From the NCBI GenBank assembly GCA_963514005.1, contig OY740797.1, positions 24,924,001 through 24,988,000 on the forward strand: 64,000 bases of DNA, in the 5' to 3' direction. This document shows positions 1 through 12,800 of the stretch, in pieces. The DNA comes from Raja brachyura. Taxonomy: Eukaryota. Numbering within the stretch: the first letter of the stretch is position 1; each line of letters opens with the position of its first letter. The translations under genes and the position numbers were made by a program. The notes beneath the pieces are model-generated. The model searched no databases. It had not been told where the DNA came from and saw only the letters and a program-made list of their open reading frames with translations.

Positions 1-23
1 TCACTTATTAGTCTTTTTAGTTT

Positions 24-320
24 AAAGGTACAGTGTGGAAACGGGCCCTTTTGCCCACCAAGTCTGCACCAACCAGCAATCCCCATACATTAACACTGTC
101 GTACACACACTAAGGACAATTTACATTTAGACCAAGCCGATTAACCTACAAACCTGTGCTGCTTTGGAGTGTGGGGGGAAACTAAAGTTTTCGGAGAAAA
201 TTCACGTGGTCACAGGGAGAACGTACAAATTTCACACACACAGCACCCGTAGTCAGAATCGAACCAGAGTCTTTGGCGCTGTAAGACAGCAACTCTACCA
301 CTGTGCTGTGGTGCCAACCC
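24..320 (-). mobile_element. tRNA-derived SINE (HE1/V-SINE-like)
   Basis: The minus strand has a tRNA-like head (gtggtagagttgctg...ggttcgattct) and a conserved core. The same family recurs across the window. Confidence 0.75.
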
Positions 321-839
321 TGTCTACGATACCACCTTCATTGATGGCATCTGCAGATATTGTAACGATGCCTTGTTTATTCTCATCCAAATTGTTGATA
401 TAAAACACAAATTGCAAAGGACCCAGCCTCGATCCATGAACAGAGCAAGAGTCACAGCCTTCAATCTGAATTTTAAAATTTTTTTTTAACTACTTCCTTC
501 CATAAATCAGATTTTCTACCCATTAAGTTGGCTCTCACGCCATGTAGCTTTCGGGGTAATGCAGAACCTTCCATATAAACATTATCTCTGGCCTCTGACT
601 TAGATCTTCAACTTTCTAAGTTGCTTCTTCAAAATTATTGATCATATATAAGGCTATATCACCTTCGTAAATACACCAGGTTCAATGTCACTGATCAGCC
701 ATTGTTCATAAAGCTGCATATATATCTTACCTCAGAATACTCTCCAGTATCATTTCTGCCATAGATGTCAGGCACAGATCTATACGTCCTAGGCTTTTCC
801 TTGCATGAAAAACATGATGATCTGGGAACTTGGGGGCAA

Positions 840-3800
840 TCAATGGAAGTGTCTTGAGGGCAATCGGTATTACGATAGAGGTGCTCAACGTCCTGACGTG
901 TAAAAGGAAGATAAATCCTCCGGGCCTGATCAGATTTATCCGAGGGCACTGCGGGAAGCTAGAGAACAAATTGCAGGTGACCTGGCTGAGATATACGAGT
1001 AATCATTAAATATGGGTGATATGCCGGACGATTGCAGGGTGGCAATTGTGTTAGTAGGTGCTGGTTTAAAGCGAAGGTGGACACAAAATGCTGAAGTAAA
1101 TCAGCGGGACAGACAGCATATCTGGAGAGAAGGAATGAGTGACGTTATGGGTCGAGACCATTCTTCAGATGGTTTCGAGTGGAGGGCTCTGAATAGTGGT
1201 GTGCTCCAAGATCGGTGCTGGGCCTATTGCTGTTTGTGGCTTACTGTATATCAACGATTTGAATGAGAACATACAATGTTCTCATTCAAAGGATTAGTAA
1301 GATTAGAAACATAGAAACATAGAAAAATAGGTGCAGGAGTAGGCCATTCGGCCCTTCGAGCCTGCACCGCCATTCAATGTGATCATGGCTGATCATCCAA
1401 CTCAGTATCCCGTACCTGCCTTCTCTCCATACCCCCTCATCCCTTTAGCCACAAGTGCCACATCTAACGCCCTCATAAATGTAGCCAATGAACTGGCCTC
1501 AACTACCTTCTGTGGCAGAGAATTCCAGAGACGCACCACTCTCTGTGTAAAGAATGTTTTCCTCATCTCGGTCCTAAAGAAATCAATAGTAAACGACATA
1601 ACGCCAGGGAGCTTGTAGAGCAGAGGGGCCAAGGTGTGCTGGTTCATTACATAGTTCCTTGAGAGCGGTATCATAAGTAGACAAGATGGTTAAGAAGGCT
1701 TTCGGCACACAGGCCTTCATCAGTCAAGGTAATGAGTTTAGAATTTGGGATGCTATGTTACATCTGTGTAAGGAGCTGGGGAGCCGTTTTCCACGTGATA
1801 GTGGGGATATGAAATGAACTGCCAGATGAGATTATTGAGCCTGAAACTGCAACAACATTTAAAGGACATTTGAACAGGACATGGGTGGTTTTGGAGACCA
1901 AACGCGGGCAGATGTGATGAATGCAGATGGGCCACAGTGATCGGCACGATGCATTTCAGCCCCTCTGCCAAAATATCTCTGTGTAAAGAGCTTGCCGCAT
2001 ACATCAATATTAAACGGCCCCCACTCAATTTATATTTATGCCCTATAATGTTGGACATTCCCCACCCTGAGATAAAATTTGTGACTACCCTATCTATGCA
2101 CATCATATATATTTTTTAATAATTGTATCTATTGTCCCCTGAGCCCCTGACGTTTCAGAGAAAATAGTCCAGGTTTATCCAACCTCTCATTGCAGCTGAA
2201 ACTCTCTAATCCAGGCAACGTTCTGGTAAACCTCCTCTGCATCCTCACCAATGCATCCACATCATTCCTGTAATGGGACAACCAGAACTGTGCGCAAAAC
2301 TAAATGCAGCTAATCAATCCAAAGTAACAAATCACCATGTGTCCCACAAATTAAAATCTTCTCGTTTAGCATTCAATTACGGAATGTATCGAAATGGTTT
2401 GCTGGAATCCATGCAGACAAATGTCACTACCCAATCCACATAAATCACCTTCATTGTTACATTACATTCAATCAGACGTGAGCTCCATTAGATTCCCGAT
2501 GACTGACATGAACCTCAACAGCTTGTCATTTCCTTGGTTACTTCTTTCCTTCAGAAAGAAAAGGGAAACATTCACTACTCTTCAGTCATCCGGGAACTCG
2601 ATTGTGGCTTATGTGGATACCAAAGTTGTCATCAAAGGCGCTGCAATCTCATCTCCTCCCTTGCCTCCCTCAATAAAAGGGGGCAGATTCCACCGGGCCC
2701 TCGGAATTTATGCACCTTAAGGCTTTTGAAGAGAACCCACAACACCTCTTTCTTGTTCTCAAAGTGCACCAGCATATTGTCACCTAATTTACAATATCTC
2801 AGGTCATCCAATCATCCATCGCGTATACAACGTCATTCCTCCTCCTTACTGGCATATACTGGTCCTGATTTCTGATCAGTTGGCCTTAAATCGACTCCAC
2901 CACCATGTCCAATGTAAACATATCCAACAACATCTGCTCACCATCTCATCTCCCCAATACTAGATGGACCCTTATTCGTAGCTATCTTAAAACTTATGGA
3001 TTTCTGATCAGGGATCTCAAATTGCTCTTCTACTGAAACATCAAGTTCATTTCCCAAAGCAAGGTGTAACATGGTCCGGTTTCGAGTTGGAATATCCACA
3101 GACTGTTTCAAGAAACGACCTTGGATACACCTAACCAAGCTTGCTCGCTTTATATCTTCTGCACGAAGGAAGTCACAGTCAATAATAGGGATTTGTCACC
3201 GACACCGGAAACTTGATAATTTGACATATTTCTCTAATCTCCACACATACCAGTTTCTCTGTCATTCACCGGCTACATGGAGGCCGATGGCATAATCCCA
3301 TTAGAGTTATTACACCTCTCTTTATATTGTGTTACAACCATATTGCCTCAGTAGATGAGCATGTGAGTGCCGCTGACATTTTCCTGATTTGTAATGCACA
3401 TCCTGTTTCTCTTGTACCCCCATCCCTATAATGTATGAAGCATCAGAACTCATAAATGTTGAGTTAGCAGTCTACGATCATCCGTTTTACCTGTAATATT
3501 CCTTGGAATAAACACATCTCAACCGATCTATTTCAACGTGTTCTTTAGCCTCGGTCAAAACACACTCCATATCACGAAACACACGTCTGAAAAAGGGGTT
3601 CGGTCCGAAACGTTGCCTATTTCCTTCGCTCCATAGATGCTGCCTCACCCGCTGAGTTTCTCCAGCATTTTTGTCACACTTCAGATCATCCATCTTAACA
3701 TGTTTTATTAACCTTTTCCTGTCTCACCTCCATTTCAGACTAATGAGTCATAACCACGATCTTGCCACTAGCTGTTCCATGGGCTGACCTGCTGCTCCCA

Positions 3801-4540
3801 CACCCACACCCCCCCCCCCCCCCCCCAGGCCTTCGTGCTCACTCCACCCCACCCCTCGTGCATAAATCCGCCCATGTAAACCAAGCAACTGCAAGGACAC
3901 CGCCTCTACCTCACAGTTCAATGGCAACCCGTCCGTTTTATATAAGTCCCATTTGTCCTGTAAGAAAACCATATATTTTATGCCCTCCTCCCTACACCAG
4001 GGTCTTAGCCACGTATTCACTTGGATTATTCTGCTATTTCCTTTCGGTACCGTTTTGTAATCCCGAGATAGCAATCCTGGAGGTCTATTTTTTTCACCGA
4101 ATACCGAACTCCCTAAATTCTCTTTGCATGCACTCGTGGCTCTTTTATTTAGAAACATATAAAGGTAGAAAAGGACTGGACAAGCTAGATGCAGGAAAAA
4201 TGTCCCCAATGTTGGGCGAGTCCAGAACCAGGGGCCACAGTCTTAGAATAAAGGGGAAGCCATTTAAGACTTAGGTGAGAAAAAACGTTTTCTCCCAGAG
4301 AATTGTGAATTTGTGCAATTTCCTGCCACAGTGGGCAGGGAGGCCAAGTCACTGGATGTATTTCAGAGAGAGTTAGATAGAGCTATAGGGGCGAGTGGAA
4401 TCAAGGGATATGTGGAGAACGCAGGCACGGGTTATTGATTGGGAACGATCAGCCATGATCACAATGTATGGCGGTGCTGGCTCGAATGGCCGAATGGCCT
4501 CCTCCTGCACCTATTTTCTATGTTTCTATGTTTCTATATA
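840..4540. mobile_element. Nested degraded CR1-type LINE fragments in both orientations
   Basis: RT C-terminal peptides (FFTQRVVRLWNSLP), (ttctatgt)n 3' tails at about 1306-1325 and 4517-4537, and an ORF1 esterase-like peptide (WCREEG...DLYKTDGL) at 3900-4080 on the minus strand. Confidence 0.8.
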
Positions 4541-6900
4541 TGGCATTGATACTAATATGGACCACGTGATATGACTTATCGCCCTCCCGTCTCACAATGT
4601 TCCGTGTTTGCCACGTGACATCCGTAACATCAGCCAATATAGTGAGACAAGAGCATTCTTGAGTATCTCTTGCTGCCAGTGAAACCATTGACTGGAGTCG
4701 ACTGTCACTATTTCATTTGAACTAATTACACAGTGACGTTCATGCAACACTTAGATAAACAAGATGTTTTCGTACTTTTTACTTCTTCTCTGAATCACAA
4801 ATATTTGCTCAGAAATACGATGAATGAGTTAACATTGAGCCTATCTCTGCCTCGCGGAAATGTATCCATCGCTTCACTAATTTCAGACATTCAAAGATAG
4901 CTGCCGTCTATCACGTAGTCACCAACTGATGTAAATGACGAAGCTTTATGATTACTGTTTAGATTGGCACGGGAATGTAGTAAGACGGGAGATGCGTGTA
5001 GCTTACAGATGTGTTACCTCAACTCTAGAAGCCCCAGTTGAATCTGGCCGCCCGAGGGTTTTTTTCCCGTTCTCCATTTGACCACGTCATGAGGTCATAA
5101 GCGATAGGAGTACAATTAGGCCAAATGGCCCATTAAGTACACTCCGCCATCCAATCATGGCTGATCTATCCCTTCCTCTTAATCCCATTCTTCTGCCATC
5201 TCCCCATAACCTCTGCCACCTGTACTAATCAATAACTAATCTCTGACACCTGTACTAACCACGTGCTCCGATAATTCACATGTATCGAAAAATTGAGAGT
5301 CGATAGGATAATTGGATAAGATGTCGCGTTGTGTTGGTGGGTGATCGAACGGGAGAGTGACGTTGTATGGATTAAACTGGTATTAATGTACAACTTCTTT
5401 GACGCACGTAGTCGTTGGACCAAACGAACTGCGACGCCAGGTATTACTTTGTGACAGTGCATGGAAACGGACGGAATTATACAGTTCTACGTACAGATAC
5501 AACAGTCCAGTTCAACCCAAAGCAGATTTGTTCAATCCATGAACGCCAAACGGCAATATATGCATAATGGATTTTAATGTACGTAGGTTAATTTAATCAA
5601 TTCAAGGTTAAGTTAATTATTCTAATTAAATACCTTTGTTATACTGCGATCATTTTAAATGTGGCTTCACATCATTCCGAATTGCAATTCGAAGTAGTGA
5701 ACAGTTTAAACTCACTATGTTGCATCCAGTTAACATTACAATTGTGAAGAATTACCGTGCAACCAATATGAGGTCGTAATCGAATTAGTTGTAAAGCTTT
5801 CAACAAAATACCTCATAGCATTAACCACACGACGTTTGTCAACCTGGAACATTAATTTGAAGATAAATATGAACAATGCAGTTATTGCTTTACATTTACT
5901 AACTCGAATATAATATTGCCGTTAACCTGTGACCCTGTGGTCCTTTTAACATCTTAAATAAAAACCTTACTAAAATGAGGAAAAAATGTACTCGGGAGTT
6001 CCGCTTCAGTTCATGTAAGGTCTGGTAATTAGATTACATGCAGCCGGTAGTGAAGACCTGTTAATTTAATCGTTTCAGACGGAGTGTAAAAATAAGGACA
6101 TTTGAATGAGTGAATGATTACGTTGCCTACATTCTTTTACTTTCGTACGGTCTAATTATTCCGTGACCTGTTCCGGTTTGAGCCACGTCTTTAGTTTCCA
6201 TTCTTCAAAGTCCCTGCAAGTGAGCACGTAAATGTTCAGTGATTGCACATAAAGGATATCATTCTAGCAGATGTAGAGCCACATGATTGATGCATTCTTT
6301 CCTTTCTGATCAGAAAATTCATTGCCGATTTCTTTTAATTCATCTCACCTTTAGGCATGTTTCCTCTGCGGATTTTGTATGCAGGTACTGTTTTTTTTAC
6401 AAAACATAGTTTAACTTTGCGTTCATGGGTAGCTCACCCCAATCACTAGTATGTTTCAGGTGACATTGAAAGAGAACCACATTAATAGGTTGGAATTACG
6501 TAGCCTCGATTGGGGCAAGGTTATGCGATAAAGGGCTTAACTGAGCCACACGAGATTTCGAGCACAACCGCGCAATTTAATTATCGTTATGACTAAATTC
6601 TCAATTTTAAACAAAATATAATTAAATTCTCCACGTTTCCATAGCGCAATTTGAACCTAGCTCTTACTAGCAGACAAGCTGAATAAGAATGCGCCTTCAT
6701 TTTACCTGCCCGATTTGTTTTCTTTATTCTCCGATACCTTCAACGCCTAGTCCGTGATTAAGTTCACAATGGACAAGAAACACAGACATCTTCATTGCTA
6801 AACAAGATCTTGCGCCTAAGGTGCACATCGTCAGTAGTAAAGGTACGATGAGAATCAATACAGGGTCCACCAGGGAAACGAGGAGGATAATAAATTTGTT

Positions 6901-7124
6901 AAAGAAGGAACTGCAGATGCTGGAGAATCGAGGGTTACACAAAAAGCTGGAGAAACTCAGCGGGTGCAGCAGCATCTAAGGAGTGAAGGAGATAGGCGAC
7001 GTTTCGGGTCGAGACCCTTCTTCAGCTACCTGAAGAAGGGTCTCGACCCGAAACGTCGCCTATCTCCTTCACTCCTTAGATGCTGCTGCACCCGCTGAGT
7101 TTCTCCAGCTTTTTGTGTAACCCT
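6901..7124. mobile_element. Penelope-like inverted terminal element, perfect 95-bp palindrome with target-site duplication
   Basis: 6931-7025 is the exact reverse complement of 7030-7124. TAATAAATTTGTT(A) flanks both sides (6888-6901 and 7124-7137). Confidence 0.8.
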
Positions 7125-7173
7125 AATAAATTTGTTACTTCGCCTTATTAAAATAATTATACGTTGTTGAATC

Positions 7174-7440
7174 CAGGGCTGAGGAGTCGGAGTGGGAGTC
7201 GTCGAGTCCGAGTCGGGGCAATTTTGATTGCTGCTGGAGTCGGAGTCGGTAAAAAAAGTCCCTGCTCCGACCTCCACATAAATTTCAGAGACTACGTAAA
7301 TCGGAAAAAATCCCACTTTTTAAACGTGACAAGGCCTATACGACCCATGGTATTTGATTGGATTTTTATGAAGGATAATAAAAGAAATACCACGGAGACT
7401 AATATATTTCGAATGTGAACAACCAGCGTTAGCATGAATA
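7174..7440 (+). mobile_element. hAT-like DNA transposon terminus with GAGTCG subterminal repeats
   Basis: Starts CAGGGCTG followed by repeated ggagtcg. The partner end was not found. Confidence 0.45.
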
Positions 7441-7499
7441 GTCAATTTGTGCATATTATTTACCTAACTGGTATTTTTTTTTAAACTGTCCAAATATAG

Positions 7500-7715
7500 G
7501 TAGACGCAAAATGCTGGAGTAACTCAGCGGGATAGGCAGCATCTCCGGAGCGAAGAAATGGGTGACGTTTCGGGTCGAGACGCTTCTTCAGACCAACTTC
7601 GACCCGAAACGTCACCCATTCCTTCGTCCTAGAGATGCTGCCTGTCCCGCTGAGTTACTCTAGCCCGTTGTGTTTTCCTTCGATTTAAACTATCATCTAC
7701 AGTACTTTGCTACAC
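7500..7715. mobile_element. Penelope-like inverted terminal element (diverged)
   Basis: Same inverted arrangement as 6901-7124, with mismatches. Confidence 0.7.
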
Positions 7716-8015
7716 ATTATGTTCAGCTATATATACGGCCTGCTCACAATACCTGTAATTCAGACATCTTAATTAGAACTATGGAAATGGCGAGGACGAA
7801 ACCGGTCTCACGAATCGATTCAAATGTTCAAGGTCGACTCATTCGATTTAGTGGGAAAATATTATCGCTGTTTCAACAGAAATGACATGGAGTCGCAGAC
7901 TTCACAATTTGCTATCCCGCCAGAGTTGACAAAATAGCATGATTTATCCAGTGGCACCATGGCATTGTCTTCTTATGGACTGCCAACAGGGTTATGTCGA
8001 TTTCCAACAAGTTTA

Positions 8016-8285
8016 GGGTGGCACAGACTATGCGCTGCCTCACAGCGCCAGAGACGCGGGCTCGATCTTGACGACAGGTAATGTCTGCATGTTTTGACTG
8101 TGATCGTTGGGTTTTCCCCGGCTGCTCCGTTTTCGTCCCACATCCCAAAAGGCTTGCAGGTTTGTAGGTTAATTGACCTCTGTAAATTGTTGCTGGTGTG
8201 TAGAAGAGAAGCAATGTACAGGTGATCGTTGGTCGACGCGGACTCGGTGGCCCGAAGGGTCTGTTTCCACGCTATATCTAAGCTG
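8016..8285 (+). mobile_element. HE1/V-SINE-like SINE
   Basis: gctgcctcacagcgccagagacgcgggctcgatc head and the shared core. Confidence 0.7.
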
Positions 8286-9587
8286 ATCTAAAGTAAGATC
8301 GGAGAAGTAGAATAAAATAACTAGAACGGGACGGAGCCTTTGCGTGATGCAATAAATAACATTGAAGCAGAGAGCAAGTTATTCTTCACATAGATAACAA
8401 GGAAGAGAGTAGCTAAATTAAACATGTTACCCCATAACGAATGTGTGTATTATATTATTCATGGGGGGAAATGTGTCAAGGATTGTAAATAATTGCTTAG
8501 TATCTGGTTTTCCCGGTAGAAGAAACTAGGAACATCGAACAATAATAACTAAGGAGATGCTTTGGCGATAGAAGAACGTTTTCAGTGGTTTAACTACGAA
8601 CCAATGTAGATGTTGCGCGTTCTATTTTGTACTGAAATAAAACTTCATGAATTTTGAATAGATCTGGGAAAACTGTAAATGTCATGACAGGGTAAAGACA
8701 AGAGTGGCAAAAATAGGACGGCAACTATGGCAAGTTATTCTGTCAACTGCCAATGGGAAAGTGTTCATTTCCATTACTGATTAAAGAGTAGCGGGGCGTT
8801 GATGAAGCTATAAGTCCATCAAGAGTCCAAGTGGGTTTATGAAAAACACACATATTTTGATGTATTTTCTAGCATTATTTCACGATGGAGCAATGCGAAT
8901 AAAAGGGAACTATGAGAACCTGTATATGGATATCCTCAAGCACTTTATGTTATTCCCTATAGAAGATATCTGATCAAGATAGGAAACACGCGAACGTGTT
9001 ATCGATATAATTTATAAGGAAATGGATGCTATGGTGGTTAATTATCTGAAAAAGGCAATGGGACGAATGGATGATTGCCAGATTGATTAACAGTGAATGG
9101 CGCAATGCCACAGCAAGGTACCCAGGCATAACTCCTTCAATCTATAGTTATGTGGTGATGGACTATATAAAACAAGAGGTGATCATATTGAAGCATATAA
9201 ATACTCCAAGTTGTGAGCGGTAGGGTTGCTTGCGGGAACTTAGTTTTTAATTAGGGTTTCAAGTACGAAATTTAAGGGAACCAAAGGGTGGAACACATAC
9301 TAACCAGAGAAGAGAAGTATCTGGGTTGGCGTTATTGAATAAATACAAGGCAAATCTGATGAAATAAATGAGCTTTGAAGGTCGTTAAAGGGGAAAATAA
9401 CAGACAAGCGGCGTTTGAAACCAACATTGGTTCATTCATGGCCTTATCAAATTCTCATGGGGGGGGGGGGGGGGGGGCAATTTTCTTATTTGGCATCTTA
9501 TTTTAATTAGATCCTCTCACGAGGACGAAAATCGAGAAATTATCAATGTGCGCACTGTTTGAGGTCCTCAAATAAAACAGCCTTCCA

Positions 9588-9638
9588 TTTCCTGACGCAA
9601 TTTCCGCCTTCAGGCACTCAGCCAGCCCTATATTAAAA
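9588..9638 (+). promoter_or_regulatory. Candidate gene A core promoter: ETS-like TTTCC fused to C/EBP-ATF-like TGACGCAAT, and TATA-like TATATTAAAA
   Basis: Motifs at about 9588-9601 and 9629-9638, 120-170 nt upstream of the ATG. Motif match only. Confidence 0.3.
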
Positions 9639-9760
9639 GCAACGCATTTCTCGGCCATGTCATGGGGTGACTGATGTGATTAGGAGTCAGTGTACAAGAT
9701 ACCGTGACGATTATTAACCAGACCTCCATCTTTCCCAGCCAGGCCTGCTTCGTCGTCGAT

Positions 9761-9815
9761 ATGTTTTTGAAAGTGTCACCTTGGACGATGTATTTCCTTG
9801 GAATTTTGATTGCGT
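9761..9815 (+). CDS. Gene A exon 1, signal peptide MFLKVSPWTMYFLGILIA
   Basis: ATG at 9761, hydrophobic leader, phase-1 donor T|GTAAAC at 9816. The 55-nt coding length equals that of the gene B leader exon. Confidence 0.75.
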
Positions 9816-12800
9816 GTAAACTACGGCTTCTATTGCTTTTTATTTATGGGTCTTCAAATTACGCAGATATGATAATTGTACCTCATAATGTCATGCCGAA
9901 TTGTCCATAAAGTCATGGCTGTTGTATGGGTTCTGGAAAGGAGTGTAATTTACGAAACCTTTACGAGGACACAAAAAGCGGGCATAATAATTCGGTTCAA
10001 TTCATTGTAAATATTTGGTCTGCGCGCAATAAGATTTTTGCCAGCAGTGTTTAATTTCCATTGCTGTATATCAATGACTAAACTGGATTTTGCACCATCT
10101 ATTGACAGCTGTTGAAAACAGGTCGGGCAAGACGATATCGAATGTTGTTCAGAAGCCGGTGGTCAGTGGCATAAACTTTACCTGTCGGTGTTCCTTCCCC
10201 TTCACTGTAAATGTGTCAAACCTAACGGTTTTCTGGTGGAAAAGTGGAAATAAAGACTTCCTGAAAGAAGATAGCAGGAAAATCTTCATTATAAGGGCAG
10301 GAGGCGCCTACCTTCACCTGCTGAATGTCACGGTCTCCGACGCCGGAACATACAATTGTCTTGCACAACAAGCGGGCCGAACGGTTAGGAAGGGAACAGG
10401 AGGGCAACTGATCGTATATGGTGAGCGAACGGTTCTTTAGTTACTAGACAAAAATGCTGGAGAAACTCAGCGGGTGCAGCAGCATCTATGGAGCGAAGGG
10501 AATAGGCAACGTTTCGGCCCGAATGATGCTACTACACCCGCTGAGTTTCTCCAGCACTTCGATTTTCCAGCGTCTGCAGTTCCTTCTTAGGTATTCAGTT
10601 GCAGCTCGAATTTGGATTTTGCTTCACAAAAGTCTTTAATCCAGAATACAAATGTGCAAAACGTTGGAAAAGTATTCTAGATTGATTCGTTTGAAAATAT
10701 AGGTCAAAGAGCATGACAGCAATGATATTTGAGTTGATGTATATTGAAGGTAGTGAGTGTAAGATGAATAAATACAACGGTTTCAATTTGACACTGAACG
10801 CCGAGGCGGGGATCCTCCTGAATGAATGAATGAATAGCCTTTATTGTCTCCTGATGTTTTCCCAATGATAATGTTATCAACATATAATTCTGTGAATTGA
10901 AAGAGCGGGGTTTTTATTTCCACAAAATAATTGAAATATAAATTATATTTCTTGCGCCGAATTAGAGAAACAAGAAATGTTAGTCAAAGCATTCTCTGTA
11001 AGCCAGTCCAAGTCTGCAACTGTTTATGACCGATTATATTGGGAAGTTGAAATATTCCCAACAGTACTGGGCCTTTGAAGAGTTGAAACTTGAAAGTTGA
11101 TTCGCGCGAGTTAGCACAAGAGACAAGTGTGCAAATTAATGGTATTTTCTTAAATTAAATGTCAAGGGAATGCATGTCAAGGGAACGGGGGGGGGGGGGG
11201 GGGGTCAATCGCGATGAAGAACACCTTCATCTGGCCTCCCGATTTAAAATTTATGATGAAATTAAGTAGCGTTGGAACAAATGCTATTGGATGATGTAAT
11301 CGACCTTTCCCCTTTCTTTTAATTCTCTTCCTCTTTACTTAGCTGTCCCTTCTCCTCTGAAGATTGTATCTGTTCGGTCTAGAAATGCTGCGACTCATTT
11401 CCTGAAAATCCAGTGCAGAACGGCTGCCTTTTACCCGAAAGAATTTAATCTCACCTGGCATAGAAATGGCTCTGTCATCCAATCTGGATTTCGGCATGAA
11501 CAACATTCAACGGCAGTCGGATTGTATGAAGTTATCAGCTCTTTAGAGGAGAAACGGGTAGTCAAAGAAGGAACCGTTTACACATGTAAAATTATTCACC
11601 GTTCTATGCTAACTCCAGCAACTGCCAACTACACGGTTCCTCGTGAAGGTAACGTATTCCACGGATAGTATAATGGATAGTCCACTGAATAATAATATTA
11701 ATAGTAAAAATAAAATATAAGGATTTTTAAACGACCGTATTTTCTGCAGCAAATTTATTTTCCTAGAACTTGTGCAATGTTCCTATTTTCTGCCAGCATA
11801 GACGGACGCTGTGCAGTCCACCCAGTCTATGTTGCCTCCCAGAATAATTCCATCAATACCGTTCCCGCAATCGATCGCGCACCTGAAACCTATTCCCTTT
11901 CACGTCATCTGCAAGTCCACTCTGATGCCCCCACAAACATCACCCCTTCCCGAGGAATAATGTAAACATAATCAATTCACTCACTAAGCAGTTCCTTGGT
12001 AAAATCTCAGAGAATGTGCAATGCCCATGCAGACAGTCCCCGAAGCCAGGCCTGAGCTCGGATACCTGGAGATGTGAATCGATAGCACTATTGCTGGACC
12101 ACTAACTCGGTGAAACTTCTTTTTGTTCGTTTATGGCTGAAATGTGTAACCAATTGCAACTCAGACACAGAAACCACCTAAAAATAATCCGCGCAAATAC
12201 CGAAATATGAAGTACTACTCCTCCAATTTGTCCGTGGCCTCACTCTGATGCCACGGATGCCCAAACAGAAAGATCGTTGTGCGAATAGGAAAGGGATAAA
12301 GGGATTCTAAATAGTTAGCAACCGGGAAATCCAATAAGCCTTGGCGGGCCTCGAGCAAGTTATCAGCGGGACGGGATGGTTCACGTCCACTAAAGAATTA
12401 GAGCAGGATGGAAGTTAGTGGTGTAATTAATGAAGGCCATGAGTTCTGCACGACTACAGGAACTAGCTCCAGCGTCTTGTCGATGTATTCGAGAAAGTGT
12501 TCGGGGGTATTGCCAGCGCATGCTTTGAACAAGCACTGCACCATGTAACCAACAAAATGCAAACCAGTAGCTGTGGCTGATGTGAGTGTACATGCTACAA
12601 CTTTAACTTGGAGAAAGTGAGAGGAGTCAAAAGAAAAGTTTTGAGGGTGACGACAAATTCCTCAAGGAAGAAACCGAGGTCCTGAGATGTTCCAACTCCC
12701 AACCAGTCTAATCCTACTACAGATGTCAGAGTTCATGGGGAGAAGGCAGGAGAATGGGGCTCGGAGGAAGAGATAGATCAGCCATGATTAAATGGCGGAG

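Noticed and set aside
24-320. tRNA genes suggested by A/B-box-like sequences
   Set aside because: These are heads of tRNA-derived SINEs; no cloverleaf was found.
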